Source: Eledone cirrhosa
Taxonomy: Eukaryota
DNA: 64,000 bases
NCBI GenBank assembly: GCA_964016885.1
Contig: OZ024763.1
Span: 13,392,001-13,456,000 of the forward strand
Reading direction: 5' to 3'
Shown piece by piece: positions 30,395-42,099 of this stretch (the stretch's first letter is position 1; each line of letters opens with the position of its first letter). Under the pieces are notes generated by a model that worked only from the letters and a program-made list of their open reading frames with translations, did no database searches and was not told the origin of the DNA. Position numbers and translations under genes: made by a program.

Positions 30395-30955
30395 ATATAA
30401 GTATGTACACGTACATACATATATGTATACAGACGTACAGTAGTATGTATATATATATACATACATGCACACACATATATATATGTACGTATGGATTCAC
30501 CGAACATTTATTACAATGCTCGGTGTGTTTGTAAACAAACATCCCGTATTAAGCCGCAGTGTCCAGCAACCATCGTTGCTCGTTTGTTCAACCCTGACAA
30601 AGGAACGCTGTACTAGTTTCAAGCTTATTAGCTATCGTCAGCAACGTATACCTACGATAGCTAATAAGCTTGAAACTAGTACAGCGTTCCTTTGTCAGTG
30701 TTGAACAAACAAGCAACGATGGTTGCTGGACACTGCGACTTAATACGGGATGTTTGTTTACAAACACACCGAGCATTATAATAAATGTTCGGTGAATCCA
30801 TACGTACATATATATATATATGTGTGCATGTATGTATATATATATACATACTACTGTACGTCTGTATACATATATGTATTTACGTGTACATACTTATATT
30901 TAAGTAACAGCTGTACAAAGAGTGGGAAATGAAATTTTGTTTCATTTTTTCTGTT
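30395..30955 (+). mobile_element. ~500-bp palindromic element with hammerhead at the fold point and a short tail
   Basis: Arms 30395-30638 and 30654-30899 nearly perfectly complementary; unique tail to ~30955; (TA)n flanks. Confidence 0.75.
30605..30647 (-). ncRNA. Minimal type I hammerhead ribozyme motif, sense to WDR33 pre-mRNA
   Basis: ACGTTG-CTGACGA-T.AGCT.AATA.AGCT.T-GAA-ACTAGT-A|CAGCGT; palindromic ACTAGT stem III. Confidence 0.8.
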
Positions 30956-30971
30956 TATATATATATATATA

Positions 30972-31170
30972 TAGGAACGAGTAAGACCCCGACAGCTGAG
31001 CTCAAGCCGTTTCGACGGCTAATTCTGGACTCAGTCCAGAATTAGCCGTCGAAACGGCTTGAGCTCAGCTGTCGGGGTCTTACTGGTTCCTATTACCCAC
31101 TCTACTACCTCAAGTATTGAGTACTTTGGTGCGTTATGGTCCACCTGGTTCCTTACCACATTTCCTTCGT
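30972..31170 (+). mobile_element. Fold-back + tail mini-element, family A
   Basis: Hairpin 30972-31092 and full tail TACCCACTCTACTACCTCAAGTATTGAGTACT... Confidence 0.8.
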
Positions 31171-31321
31171 TATATATATATATATATAAAGATATCAACC
31201 TTAATATACCAAAACCATAGTTATTTCCAGAGGTTAACTGAGGAGATGGGACTGTCAATTTTTCTGTTGTTTTTTTCCATTGAGATTTTGTCAACTGCCC
31301 CCCCCCCCCCCCCCCTATTTT

Positions 31322-31361
<40 letters not shown>

Positions 31362-31364
31362 CAC

Positions 31365-31443
31365 CCAACTTGCCAGAACATAATGGTGCCATCTGAGCCT
31401 CCACTGGAGAACAATCCTTCATGGATTGGGTGCCATGCAGCAG
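31365..31443 (-). CDS. WDR33: WDR33 coding exon E, 79 nt
   Basis: (A)[25 protein letters not shown](G); acceptor TTTCCAG, donor GTGAGT; in phase. Confidence 0.95.
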
Positions 31444-31479
31444 CTGGAAACAAGAGAAGAGAAGATATGACAGAGATAT

Positions 31480-33128
31480 GAAGGTGACATATTGATATGG
31501 AATATTTGAGACATGAGGGAGACCAGCCAAGCTCATGGATGCTATCCAAAACTTGCTCAGAAGTCTACCCTGTGTCTCCTGTTGGTTGGTTTTGTCTGTA
31601 AAATCTGTCCAATGATTCTTTCCTGAGACATTCTAACCACATGTCCATAGTATCAGAGCTGTGATCTCTCAATTCAGAGAAGTCGCAGTTCTACCTGAAG
31701 TAACTCTCTGATCTCCAAGCTACAAATCTGTTCAGCGATTCTTTCCTGAGACATTCTAACCACATGTCCATAGTATCAGAGCTGTGATCTCTCAATTTGG
31801 AGAAGTAGCAGTTCTACCTGGAGTGACACTCTGATCTCCAAGCTACAAATCTGTTCAGCGATTCATTCCTGAGACATTCTAACCACATGTCCATAGTATC
31901 AGAGCTGTGATCTCTCAATAAAGAGATGTAGCATCTCTACCTGGAGTGACTCTCTGATCTCCGAGCTACAAATCTGTTCAGCGATTCTTTCCTGAGACAT
32001 TCTAACCACATGTCCATAGTATCAGAGCTGTGATCTCTCAATACAGAGAAGTAGCAGTTCTACCTGAAGTGACTCTCTGATCTCCGAGCTACAAATCTGT
32101 TCAGCGATTCTTTCCTGAGACATTCTAACCACATGGCCATAGTATCAGAGCTGTCATCTCTCAATACAGAGAAGTAGCAGTTCTACCTGGAGTGACTCTC
32201 TGATCTCCGAGCTACAAATCTGTTCAGTGATTCTTTCCTGAGACATTCTAACCACATGGCCATAGTATCAGAGCTGTCATCTCTCAATACAGAGAAGTAG
32301 CAGTTCTACCTGGAGTGACTCTCTGATCTCCGAGCTACAAATCTGTTCAACGATTCATTCCTGAGACATTCTAACCACATGTCCATAGTATCAGAGCTGT
32401 GATCTCTCAATACAGAGAAGTACCAGTTCTACCTGGAGTGACACTCTGATCTCCAAGCTACAAATCTGTTCAGCGATTCATTCCTGAGACATTCTAACCA
32501 CATGGTCATAGTATCAGAGCTGTGATCTCTCAATACAGAGATGTAGTAGTTCTACCTGAAGTGACTCTCTGATCTCCAAGCTACAAATCTGTCCAGCGAT
32601 TCATTCCTGAGACATTCTAACCACATGTCCATAGTATCAGAGCTGTGATCTCTCAATACAGAGAAGTCGCAGTTCTACCTGAAGTGACTCTCTGATCTCC
32701 AAGCTACAAATCTGTTCAGCGATTCTTTCCTGAGACATTCTAACCACATGGCCATAGTATCAGAGCTGTCATCTCTCAATACAGAGAAGTAGCAGCTCTA
32801 CCTGGAGTGACTCTCTGATCTCCGAGCTACAAATATGTCCAGCGATTCTTTCCTGAGACATTCTAACCACATGGCCATAGTATCGGAGCTGTGATCTCTC
32901 AATTTGGAGAAGTAGCAGTTCTACCTGGAGTGACACTCTGATCTCCGAACTATGCACTTTATCAAGTAATGTTACTCCAAAGATCCCTCAAAGGAACTCC
33001 ATTTTGGCCGCTTGTATTCACAATCAAATTCTTTCGGTCATTGCCCAAGATATATAGCCATAGGTAAGGATTGGGACGAACCCCGAATTGAAGATAGTGA
33101 GTTTGGCTTTAATGCCTACCTCCTTTCT
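31480..33128 (-). mobile_element. RTE-type LINE 3' fragment with internal tandem amplification
   Basis: PILTYG..W..QAAKMEFL..GVTLLDKVHSSEIR..IERSQLRYYGHVVRM; homologous monomer at 61865-62130 (+). Confidence 0.75.
31601..32952. repeat. 123-bp minisatellite, 11 copies
   Basis: CCTGAGACATTC every 123 nt from 31622 to 32852. Confidence 0.95.
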
Positions 33129-33129
33129 T

Positions 33130-33706
33130 TTAACCCTTTAGCATTTAAACCGGCCATATCTGGCCAGAATTCTCTCACCTTTTTCTGCTAAAACCAGCTG
33201 TAACCGACCACTCATACTGATGTTAAGGTATTGTTCTTTAAATAAATAATATCAAAATCTCATAGAATCAATATTATGTGAGGTATGTGAGGTAAAGCCT
33301 TTACCATGAAAATACAATAGTAAATATAGAATAATCATCATCATCATCATTTCATTTTACGTTCGCTTTTTCCCTGCTTGCAAGGGTGGGACAGGAACTG
33401 ATTCTGGCTTGATTTCTACAGCTGGATGCCCTTCCTAACACCAACTGCATTTACAGTGTGGGCTGGGTGCCTTTTTGCCGTGGCTCCTCCACGACCACTT
33501 TGCAGTGGAATGATATGGACCCAAGTCCCTATCATCTCATTTCTACAGCTGAGTAAACTGGAGCAATGTGAAATAAAGTGTCTTGCTCAAGGAAACAACA
33601 CATCACCCGGTCTGAGAATTGAACTCACAACCTTTCGATTGCAAGGCCAATGCTCTAACCACTAAGCCATGTACCTCCATATATAATGTAAATGCTAAAG
33701 GGTTAA
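33130..33706 (+). mobile_element. piggyBac-like MITE interrupted by a SINE (33335-33680, minus)
   Basis: TTAACCCTTTAGCATTTA at left, TAAATGCTAAAGGGTTAA at right; ATAAT on both sides of the SINE. Confidence 0.8.
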
Positions 33707-33898
33707 TTACTGAATGCTGAAGCTGGTACATTACTGCACCAGCTCCTGCAATTCTTCTGTTTGGTGGGTTTGACTTTTACACCTGCCTCCCTTCTTCAGA
33801 TAACCAGCATCTCCGACAAACCAAAATTGATCCTGCCAAAAAATTGTTCTTGACCCCTTTTTAAAAGGAGATACACACTGAAATGATCCCATGCTTAC

Positions 33899-34053
33899 CT
33901 GTTGCTTCTTTTTTGTGACCCCTAAAGGTCTGCATTTCTTCTTTCATGTTCCGAATGTCAAACAACTTCAACAAATGATCCCTCGATGCCGTCAGTAGCC
34001 AGTTACCATTTCGGTTCCACTTTAATTCCATCACGGTGCTTTTGTGAGCATGG
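33899..34053 (-). CDS. WDR33: WDR33 coding exon D, 155 nt
   Basis: [51 protein letters not shown]; acceptor CTGTAG, donor GTAAGC; in phase; not in the ORF track. Confidence 0.95.
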
Positions 34054-34211
34054 CTACAGAGATGAGAGAGATAGATGGATATATAGAGAGAGAGAGAGTT
34101 ATGTGGGGTGGGGTTGAGAGAGCGTGTGTGTGTGTGTTATAGGGGATACTGTTGTGAAACAGAGAGGCAGGGGGAGAGAGAGGAGAGAGATCTGTCTTAC
34201 ATTGTGGCTAA

Positions 34212-34496
34212 GAGAGAGAGAGAGAGAGAGAGACTGGCTGGGTGAGAGAGAGAGGGAGGCTGGGTGAGAGAGAGAGGGAGGCTGAGAGAGAGAAAGAGAG
34301 AGAGACAGACAGAGAGAGGCTGGGTGATAGAGAGAGAGAAGCTAGGTGAAAAAGAGAGAGAGAGAGAGAGAAGCAGGGTGAAAAAGAGAGGTTGGGTGAG
34401 AGAGAGAGTGAGAGGCTGGGTGAAAAAGAGAGAGAGAGAGAGAGAAGCAGGGTGAAAAAGAGAGGTTGGGTGAGAGAGAGAGTGAGAGGCTGGGTG

Positions 34497-34537
<41 letters not shown>

Positions 34538-34569
34538 GAGAAGCTGGGTGAGAGAGAGAGAGAGAGGCT

Positions 34570-34600
<31 letters not shown>

Positions 34601-34852
34601 TGAGAGAAGCTGGGTGAGAGAGAGAGTGAGAGAGGCTGGGTGAGAGAGAGAGTGAGAGAGGCTGGGTGAGAGAGAGAGTGAGAGAGGCTGGGTGAGAGAG
34701 AGAGAGAGAGGCTGGGTGAGAGAGAGAGAGAGAGGCTGGGTGAAAGAGAGAGAGAGAGAGAGAAGCTGAGCGAGAGAGAGAGAGACTGGGTGAGAGGGAG
34801 GGAGAGAGAGAGACCATACATTGTGGCTAAGAGCGAGAGAGAGAGAGAGAGA
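34212..34852. repeat. (AG)n microsatellite punctuated by GGCTGGGTG
   Basis: Directly visible. Confidence 0.9.
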
Positions 34853-34860
34853 TGTCTTAC

Positions 34861-34987
34861 ATTGTGGCTAAGGACTGCTGTGTCTTGGGATCCCACAATT
34901 TAATGGGTTGTTGGTTATCTTTGCTGCCAGATGCAATGAGGGCCTTCTGTGGGTGCCAGTCAACACACTTGACATCAGCTCCGTGAC
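34861..34987 (-). CDS. WDR33: WDR33 coding exon C, 127 nt
   Basis: (G)[41 protein letters not shown](I); acceptor TAAAG, donor GTAAGA; in phase. Confidence 0.95.
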
Positions 34988-35939
34988 CTTTATAAAATAA
35001 CAATAGCATCATCATCATCATTTTTTTATTATCAACATCACCATCACCACCACCATCATCAACATCACTATGACCAGCACCACCATCATCAACATCACTA
35101 TGACCAGCACCACCATCATCAACATCACTATGACCAGCACCACCATCATCAACATCACTATGACCAGCACCACCATCATCAACATCACCATCACCAACAT
35201 CACTATGACCATCACCACCACCATCATCAACATCACTATGACCACCACCACCACCATCACTATGACCAGCACCACCACCACCACCACCACCACTATGACC
35301 ACCACCACCACCACCAACATCACTATGACCAGCACCAACATCACATGCTTTCCTGCAGAGTTACGTCCCTTTACGATCTGAGTTCAAATCCCGCCGAGGT
35401 TAGTTTTGCCTTTCATCCTTACGGGGTCGATAAAATAAAGTACCAGTAATGCACTGGGGTAATTGCTGGCCTTGTGCCTAACGTAGAAACAATTATTGTT
35501 GTTATCAACATCACAACAACGATGGTGACCACCACCACCACCACCACCACCACCATCATCTCCATCATCATCATCACCACTGTCATCATCAACATCATTG
35601 TCACTATTGTCATCAACAATATCATCACCACCACCACCACCACCACCACCACCTTCACTAAAAAAAGCACAAGGCCTGCAATTTGGGGGGAAAAGAAAAT
35701 CTATTATATCGACCCCAGTATTCAACTGGTACTTTATTTTATCAACCTCAGAAGGGTGAAAGGTAAAGTTGACCTTGGCAGGATTGGCACTCAGAGTATA
35801 GAAAATCATAACCAAATACTGCAAAACATGTTGTTCGATGCTCTACCGACCCTGCTAATCCACCATTCGACCAACAACGAGAAGCAATATAAGAATACAT
35901 CTTCAGATTTAAGTCTTTTGTGATGATATTTCTAATGAA

Positions 35940-36354
35940 TTAACCCTTTAGCATTTAAACCGGCCTATTCCTGCCAGAATTCTCTCACCTCTTTCTGTTC
36001 AAACCAGTTATAACTGGCTACTCATACTGATTTTAAGATATTGTTTTCAAAATAAATAACATCAAAATCTCGTAGATTTAATATTATATGTGAGATAAAG
36101 TGTTTACTGTGAAGATACAATAGTAAATCTAGAATTATCTAAGTGTAAAAGGGTTAAACTGACCTATTCTGGCCAGAATTCTCTCACTTTTTTCTGTTCA
36201 AACTGGCTGTAACCAGCTGTTCATACTAATGTTAAGGTATTTTTCTCAAAATAAATAATATCAAAATCTTATAAATTCGATATTATGTGAGGTAAAGTGT
36301 TTACTGAGAAAATAAAATAGTATATATAGAGTAATGTAAATGCTAAAGGGTTAA
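35940..36354 (+). mobile_element. piggyBac-like MITE with head-to-tail partial duplication
   Basis: TTAACCCTTTAGC at 35940; AAAGGGTTAA ends at 36157 and 36354. Confidence 0.75.
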
Positions 36355-36829
36355 ACTATTTCAACTAATTAATTTTTAACATTCTGTAATGATTCAATAG
36401 AAAATATTTTTTAATGGTTTTTTTTGTTAATTCAAACAGATTGTGAAAATTTGCAGTAAATTAAAATAAAGACTAATTTTTAATATGATGCAGTCATAAT
36501 GTTGTTTTGTACTTTTCAAGAATGATTTGGTAATGAGGTTTCATGTGGTGGTTTGTTAAAATATCTACAGTATCTTTACTAGTCGACAGATTGCTGCAAA
36601 AATTTGTAGTGTTGAAGTAAAGACTTTTTAACCCTTTATTTAGCATTTAAACCAGCCATATCCGGACAGATTTCTCTCACCTGTTTCTGTTCAAACCAGC
36701 CGTAACTAGCCACTCATATATATGTTAAGGTATTGTCCTCAAAATAAATAATATCAAAATCTCATAGATTCGATATTATGTGAGATAATTATGGTGTTTA
36801 CCATGAAAATACAATAGCATATATAGAAT

Positions 36830-39218
36830 AATAATAATAATAATGAAATTATTGTGTAAAGTGCTCAGATGCACTACAACTCATCAAAGGTGCATGTATA
36901 GTACATAGAATAATATACAGATGTCAGGGAAGTGAATAGTGTATGAGTCATGATATACATGTGTGTCTGTGTATGGAGGGGGAGCATTAGGTGTAGTGTT
37001 GGCGAATCTCGGGAAGCATGGAGGTTTTAAAGGATGCAGTGTTTCGACAGCTAACAACTGATGCAGGTAGTTTGTTCCATGGAGGTTTTGAAGGATGCAG
37101 TGTCTCGACAGCTAACAACTGATGCAGGTAGTTTGTTCCATGGAGGTTTTAAAGGATGCAGTGTCTCGACAGCTAACAACTGATGCAGGTAGTTTGTTCC
37201 ATGGAGGTTTTGAAGGATGCAGTGTCTCGACAGCTAACAACTGATGCAGGTAGTTTGTTCCATGGAGGTTTTGAAGGATGCAGTGTCTCGACAGCTAACA
37301 ACTGATGCAGGTAGTTTGTTCCATGGAGGTTTTGAAGGATGCAGTGTCTCGACAGCTAACAACTGATGCAGGTAGTTTGTTCCATGGAGGTTTTGAAGGA
37401 TGCAGTGTTTCGACAGCTAACAACTGATGCAGGTAGTTTGTTCCATGGAGGTTTTGAAGGATGCAGTGTTTCGACAGCTAACAACTGATGCAGGTAGTTT
37501 GTTCCATGGAGGTTTTGAAGGATGCAGTGTCTCGGCAGCTAACAACTGATGCAGGTAGTTTGTTCCATGGAGGTTTTAAAGGATGCAGTGTCTTGACAGC
37601 TAACAACTGATGCAGGTAGTTTGTTCCATGGAGGTTTTAAAGGATGTAGTGTCTCGACAGCTAACAACTGATGCAGGTAGTTTGTTCCATGGAGGTTTTG
37701 AAGGATGCAGTGTCTCGACAGCTAACAACTGATGCAGGTAGTTTGTTCCATGGAGGTTTTAAAGGATGTAGTGTCTCGACAGCTAACAACTGATGCAGGT
37801 AGTTTGTTCCATGGAGGTTTTGAAGGATGCAGTGTCTCGACAGCTAACAACTGATGCAGGTAGTTTGTTCCATGGAGGTTTTGAAGGATGCGATGTCTCG
37901 ACAGCTAACAACTGATGCAGGTAGTTTGTTCCATGGAGGTTTTGAAGGATGCAGTGTCTCGACAGCTAACAACTGATGCAGGTAGTTTGTTCCATGGAGG
38001 TTTTGAAGGATGCAGTGTTTCGACAGCTAACAACTGATGCAGGTAGTTTGTTCCATGGAGGTTTTGAAGGATGCAGTGTTTCGACAGCTAACAACTGATG
38101 CAGGTAGTTTGTTCCATGGAGGTTTTGAAGGATGCAGTGTCTCGGCAGCTAACAACTGATGCAGGTAGTTTGTTCCATGGAGGTTTTAAAGGATGCAGTG
38201 TCTTGACAGCTAACAACTGATGCAGGTAGTTTGTTCCATGGAGGTTTTAAAGGATGTAGTGTCTCGACAGCTAACAACTGATGCAGGTAGTTTGTTCCAT
38301 GGAGGTTTTGAAGGATGCAGTGTCTCGACAGCTAACAACTGATGCAGGTAGTTTGTTCCATGGAGGTTTTAAAGGATGTAGTGTCTCGACAGCTAACAAC
38401 TGATGCAGGTAGGTTGTTCCATGGAGGTTTTGAAGGATGCAGTGTCTCGACAGCTAACAACTGATGCAGGTAGTTTGTTCCATGGAGGTTTTGAAGGATG
38501 CGATGTCTCGACAGCTAACAACTGATGCAGGTAGTTTGTTCCATGGAGGTTTTAAAGGATGCAGTGTCTTGACAGCTAACAACTGATGCAGGTAGTTTGT
38601 TCCATGGAGGTTTTGAAGGATGCAGTGTCTCGACAGCTAACAACTGATGCAGGTAGTTTGTTCCATGGAGGTTTTAAAGGATGCAGTGTCTCGACAGCTA
38701 ACAACTGATGCAGGTAGTTTGTTCCATGGAGGTTTTGAAGGATGCAGTGTCTCGACAGCTAACAACTGATGCAGGTAGTTTGTTCCATGGAGGTTTTAAA
38801 GGATGCAGTGTCTCGACAGCTAACAACTGATGCAGGTAGTTTGTTCCATGGAGGTTTTGAAGGATGCAGTGTCTCGACAGCTAACAACTGATGCAGGTAG
38901 TTTGTTCCATGGAGGTTTTAAAGGATGCAGTGTCTCGACAGCTAACAACTGATGCAGGTAGTTTGTTCCATGCTTCAGCAACTCTGAGCGTGAAAAAAAT
39001 GTTTCCAAAAGTCATGGGAACTGTGCTGTTTTCTGACTTTGTGGGCATGCCCATGTGTGTTAGACACATGGAAATCAAAAAGGTACTCAGGGTTGTTGTT
39101 GGCAAGATGGTTAACAATTTTGTGGGTGTTTACCAAGTCAGTTGCCAGGCGTCAGAGCTTCAATGTATCCATGCCCAGGGAAGCAAGGCGTTCAGAGTAT
39201 GGTAGATGCCTGATGGAG
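36830..39218 (-). mobile_element. 5'-truncated CR1-type LINE with (ATT)n tail, nested in a piggyBac-like MITE (36628-39250)
   Basis: FFTLRVAEAWNKLPASVVSCRDTASFK is typical CR1 ORF2 C-terminus; same 3' end at 50615-50667 (+). Confidence 0.8.
37020..38971. repeat. 61-bp minisatellite, 32 copies, inside the CR1 ORF2 C-terminus
   Basis: GGAGGTTTTGAAGGATGCAGTGTCTCGACAGCTAACAACTGATGCAGGTAGTTTGTTCCAT; 1952 nt / 61. Confidence 0.95.
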
Positions 39219-41351
39219 GGTAAATGCTAAAGGTAAATGCTAAAGAATTAATATCTAATGTGATGCGGTCAGTGTTGTTTTGAATGGCATGTTAAAGTGG
39301 TTTCGCCTGGTCTGTTATCTACAGTATCATTACTAGTGGATAGATTAATGTGAACATTTACAGTATTACAGTAAACACTTCAATATTTAATGTGTTGTTT
39401 TGTAGCTTTTAAGAAGTGTGACTTATGATACATCTGTGGTGTGATATCACATCTGTGGCAGTTGCTGTGGTGTGAAATCACATCTGTGTGATACAGACCA
39501 TTAGGAGTTAATGAAAAATTTTGAATAATTTACTAAAGTGATTAATTATTTAATTACTAAGATAGTAACTTAACACATGGTTCGTGTAAAAATTTATGTA
39601 GGAAGATTTTAATTTAAATACAAGAGTCAGCTGAAAAATTCAAAGGCTCATTATGAAGGATTGATGCTAGAGCTGTGAAATCTTGCATGCATTAATTTCA
39701 AATCTTCTTATTAATAACTGCCTTATTTCTTTCCAGAGACTATGTTGAAAAATAAACCTCATTTGGTCACTCCATGAGAGTATCTTGGTCAGTCTATGAA
39801 CTTTTCAGCTGACCCCCGTAGAACCACTGTATCAAAATTAATTAATGGAGAATTTTAAAGGATTTACTAAAATTGTCTTCATTACTAAGATAGTAACTTA
39901 ACATATGGTTGTTATATAAAATTATTAATTTAAATAGAAAACTGGGAGATCTGGTTTCACAATATCTGAGCCAATTTAAGCATGGTTGATATATAAAAAG
40001 CAGTCTGTCCCCCAGAAATTCATAAGTCTGTTGTTTATCCCAGTTTCTGTGCTATGAAGCAGCTAAAAGTAAAAGACTTGTCCCTGGACAGGACGCCAGT
40101 CCATTGCAGGGTTAAACCCCCCAGCTACTCCTGGTACTCATTTTCTGCTGAATATCATCATCATCATCATCCTTTGACTCCTCTGTGGGCAGTCGGAACT
40201 CTCTTGACAATCCCTTTCCACACTGTTCAGTCCTGCATTGCTGTCCCCAGATCTCCCTTATGTCCAACCCTGAGTCCCAAGCTATGGTGTCTGGGAAAGT
40301 CAGTTTTCGTGAATGGACACATCAAGAGGGATGCCATGAATATACTGGAGCAAAGTGAAATGAAGTGTTTTGCTCAAGAAAACAACTCACAACCCAGTCC
40401 AGGAATTAAACCCACAACATTATGATCATAAGTCCAACACCCTTACCACTAGGCCACTTGCCTCCACAATTGATATCAAAAGGGTTAAATATCTGATAGG
40501 AGTTCTTATTCATTAAAAATATAGTTTGTAAATTAAAAATATATTTGTGAAATTGGTGAGGGCAGTAGTGATTCGAATGAATAAATTCAGTGTGGCCCTC
40601 ACACAACTGATACTGATAGGGGTGGTGGCAATTATGTAAATCTAGATGAAGGGTGGGTAGACACATTTGCTGCACGTTGTGTTGATTCTGTCCATTAGTT
40701 TGCCTGCAATCATTACTATTGAGCTGTGTATGCAACTATTTATATTTTTGCTCAGGAGCCCATGTGGAGGGTAAAGTTAGAATTTTGGAGGGGCCCTAAT
40801 CTGATAGGGTTAAGCATTTTCCAAACTTTTAATTTTTGGAAGAGGTTTTAAATGAGTTTGATCTTTGGTAGTGATAAGAGGAAATACCCTGGTGGTGTAC
40901 ACAGTACCACACTGGATTAGAACTGGTCATTTTTACAGTATACAGTACCACACTATTAGAACTGGTCATCTTTATATTATCATTTTATATTAGTTTTCCA
41001 TTCTGGCATGGGTTAGATGGGTTGTCACATTCTGAGACAAGACAGGACCACATCTTGCTCATATGTTCCCTATTTTAGCATGGTTTCTCTGGCTGGGTTC
41101 CTTTCCTAAGGCCAACCCTAACACTATATTTTTAAAGTAAAGCCAGTTCTTACAACCTCAAATTAAAAAAAGGGGGTAATGCAACCCTTATCCACAAGGC
41201 CACTAACACATGTTCAATAAATTCTACAATATATCTATAGAGAGAGAGAGAATAAGCTCTGGGTTTACTAACTGGTCTAACACCAAGCTCTCTATATATA
41301 TATTGTACTGGGTTTACTAACTGGGCTAACACTAAGTTCTCTCTCTTACTA

Positions 41352-41715
41352 TCATCATCATCATCATTTTACGTCCGCTTTTCCCTGCTTGCAAGGGTTG
41401 GATGGGTCCTATTCAGCACAGCATCTCTCTACTTGTCACGGTCCTTCGTCATCTCCTCCGTGAGTTTCAGCGATCTGAGGTCTGCTCTCACCACCTCCGC
41501 CCATGTTTTACATGGTCTACCTCTACTGTGTCTTCCTTCTACTGCGATTTCTTGGCACTTCTTTACCCAGCGGTCATCCTCCATGCGCATCACATGTCCA
41601 TACCATTACAACCTTCTCTCCTGCACACCACAACTTATTCCTCTTTTACCCAGTTTCTTTCTCAACTCGTCTATGTTTGGTCGTTCACACACATTGACAT
41701 TGCACATCCAACAGA

Positions 41716-41718
<3 letters not shown>
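41352..41718 (-). mobile_element. RTE-type LINE 3' end with (GAT)n tail
   Basis: WYGHVMRMEDDRWVKKCQEIAVEGRHSRGRPCKTWAEVVRADL on minus; shares its tail with the SINE. Confidence 0.7.
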
Positions 41719-41773
<55 letters not shown>

Positions 41774-42099
41774 TCATCATCATCATCATTCCATTTTATG
41801 TCCGCTTTTTCCCTGCTTGCAAGGGTGGGACGGGAACTGATTCTGGCTTGATTTCTACAGCTGGATGCCCTTCCTAACACCAACCTCATTTACAGTGTGG
41901 GCTGGGTGCTTTTTTGCCGTGGCACCTCCACGACCACTTTGCAGTGGAATGATAGGGACCCCAGTTCCTATCATCTCATTTCTACAGCTGAGTAAACTGG
42001 AGCAATGTGAAATAAAGTGTCTTGCTCAAACCCTGTACAATATATATATATATATTGTACAGGGTTTACTAACTGGGTTAACTAACAAGGCTAACACCA

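Noticed and set aside
37020-38971. CRISPR-like appearance of this and the other regular arrays
   Set aside because: No unique spacers and no cas genes; eukaryotic TE-derived tandem repeats.
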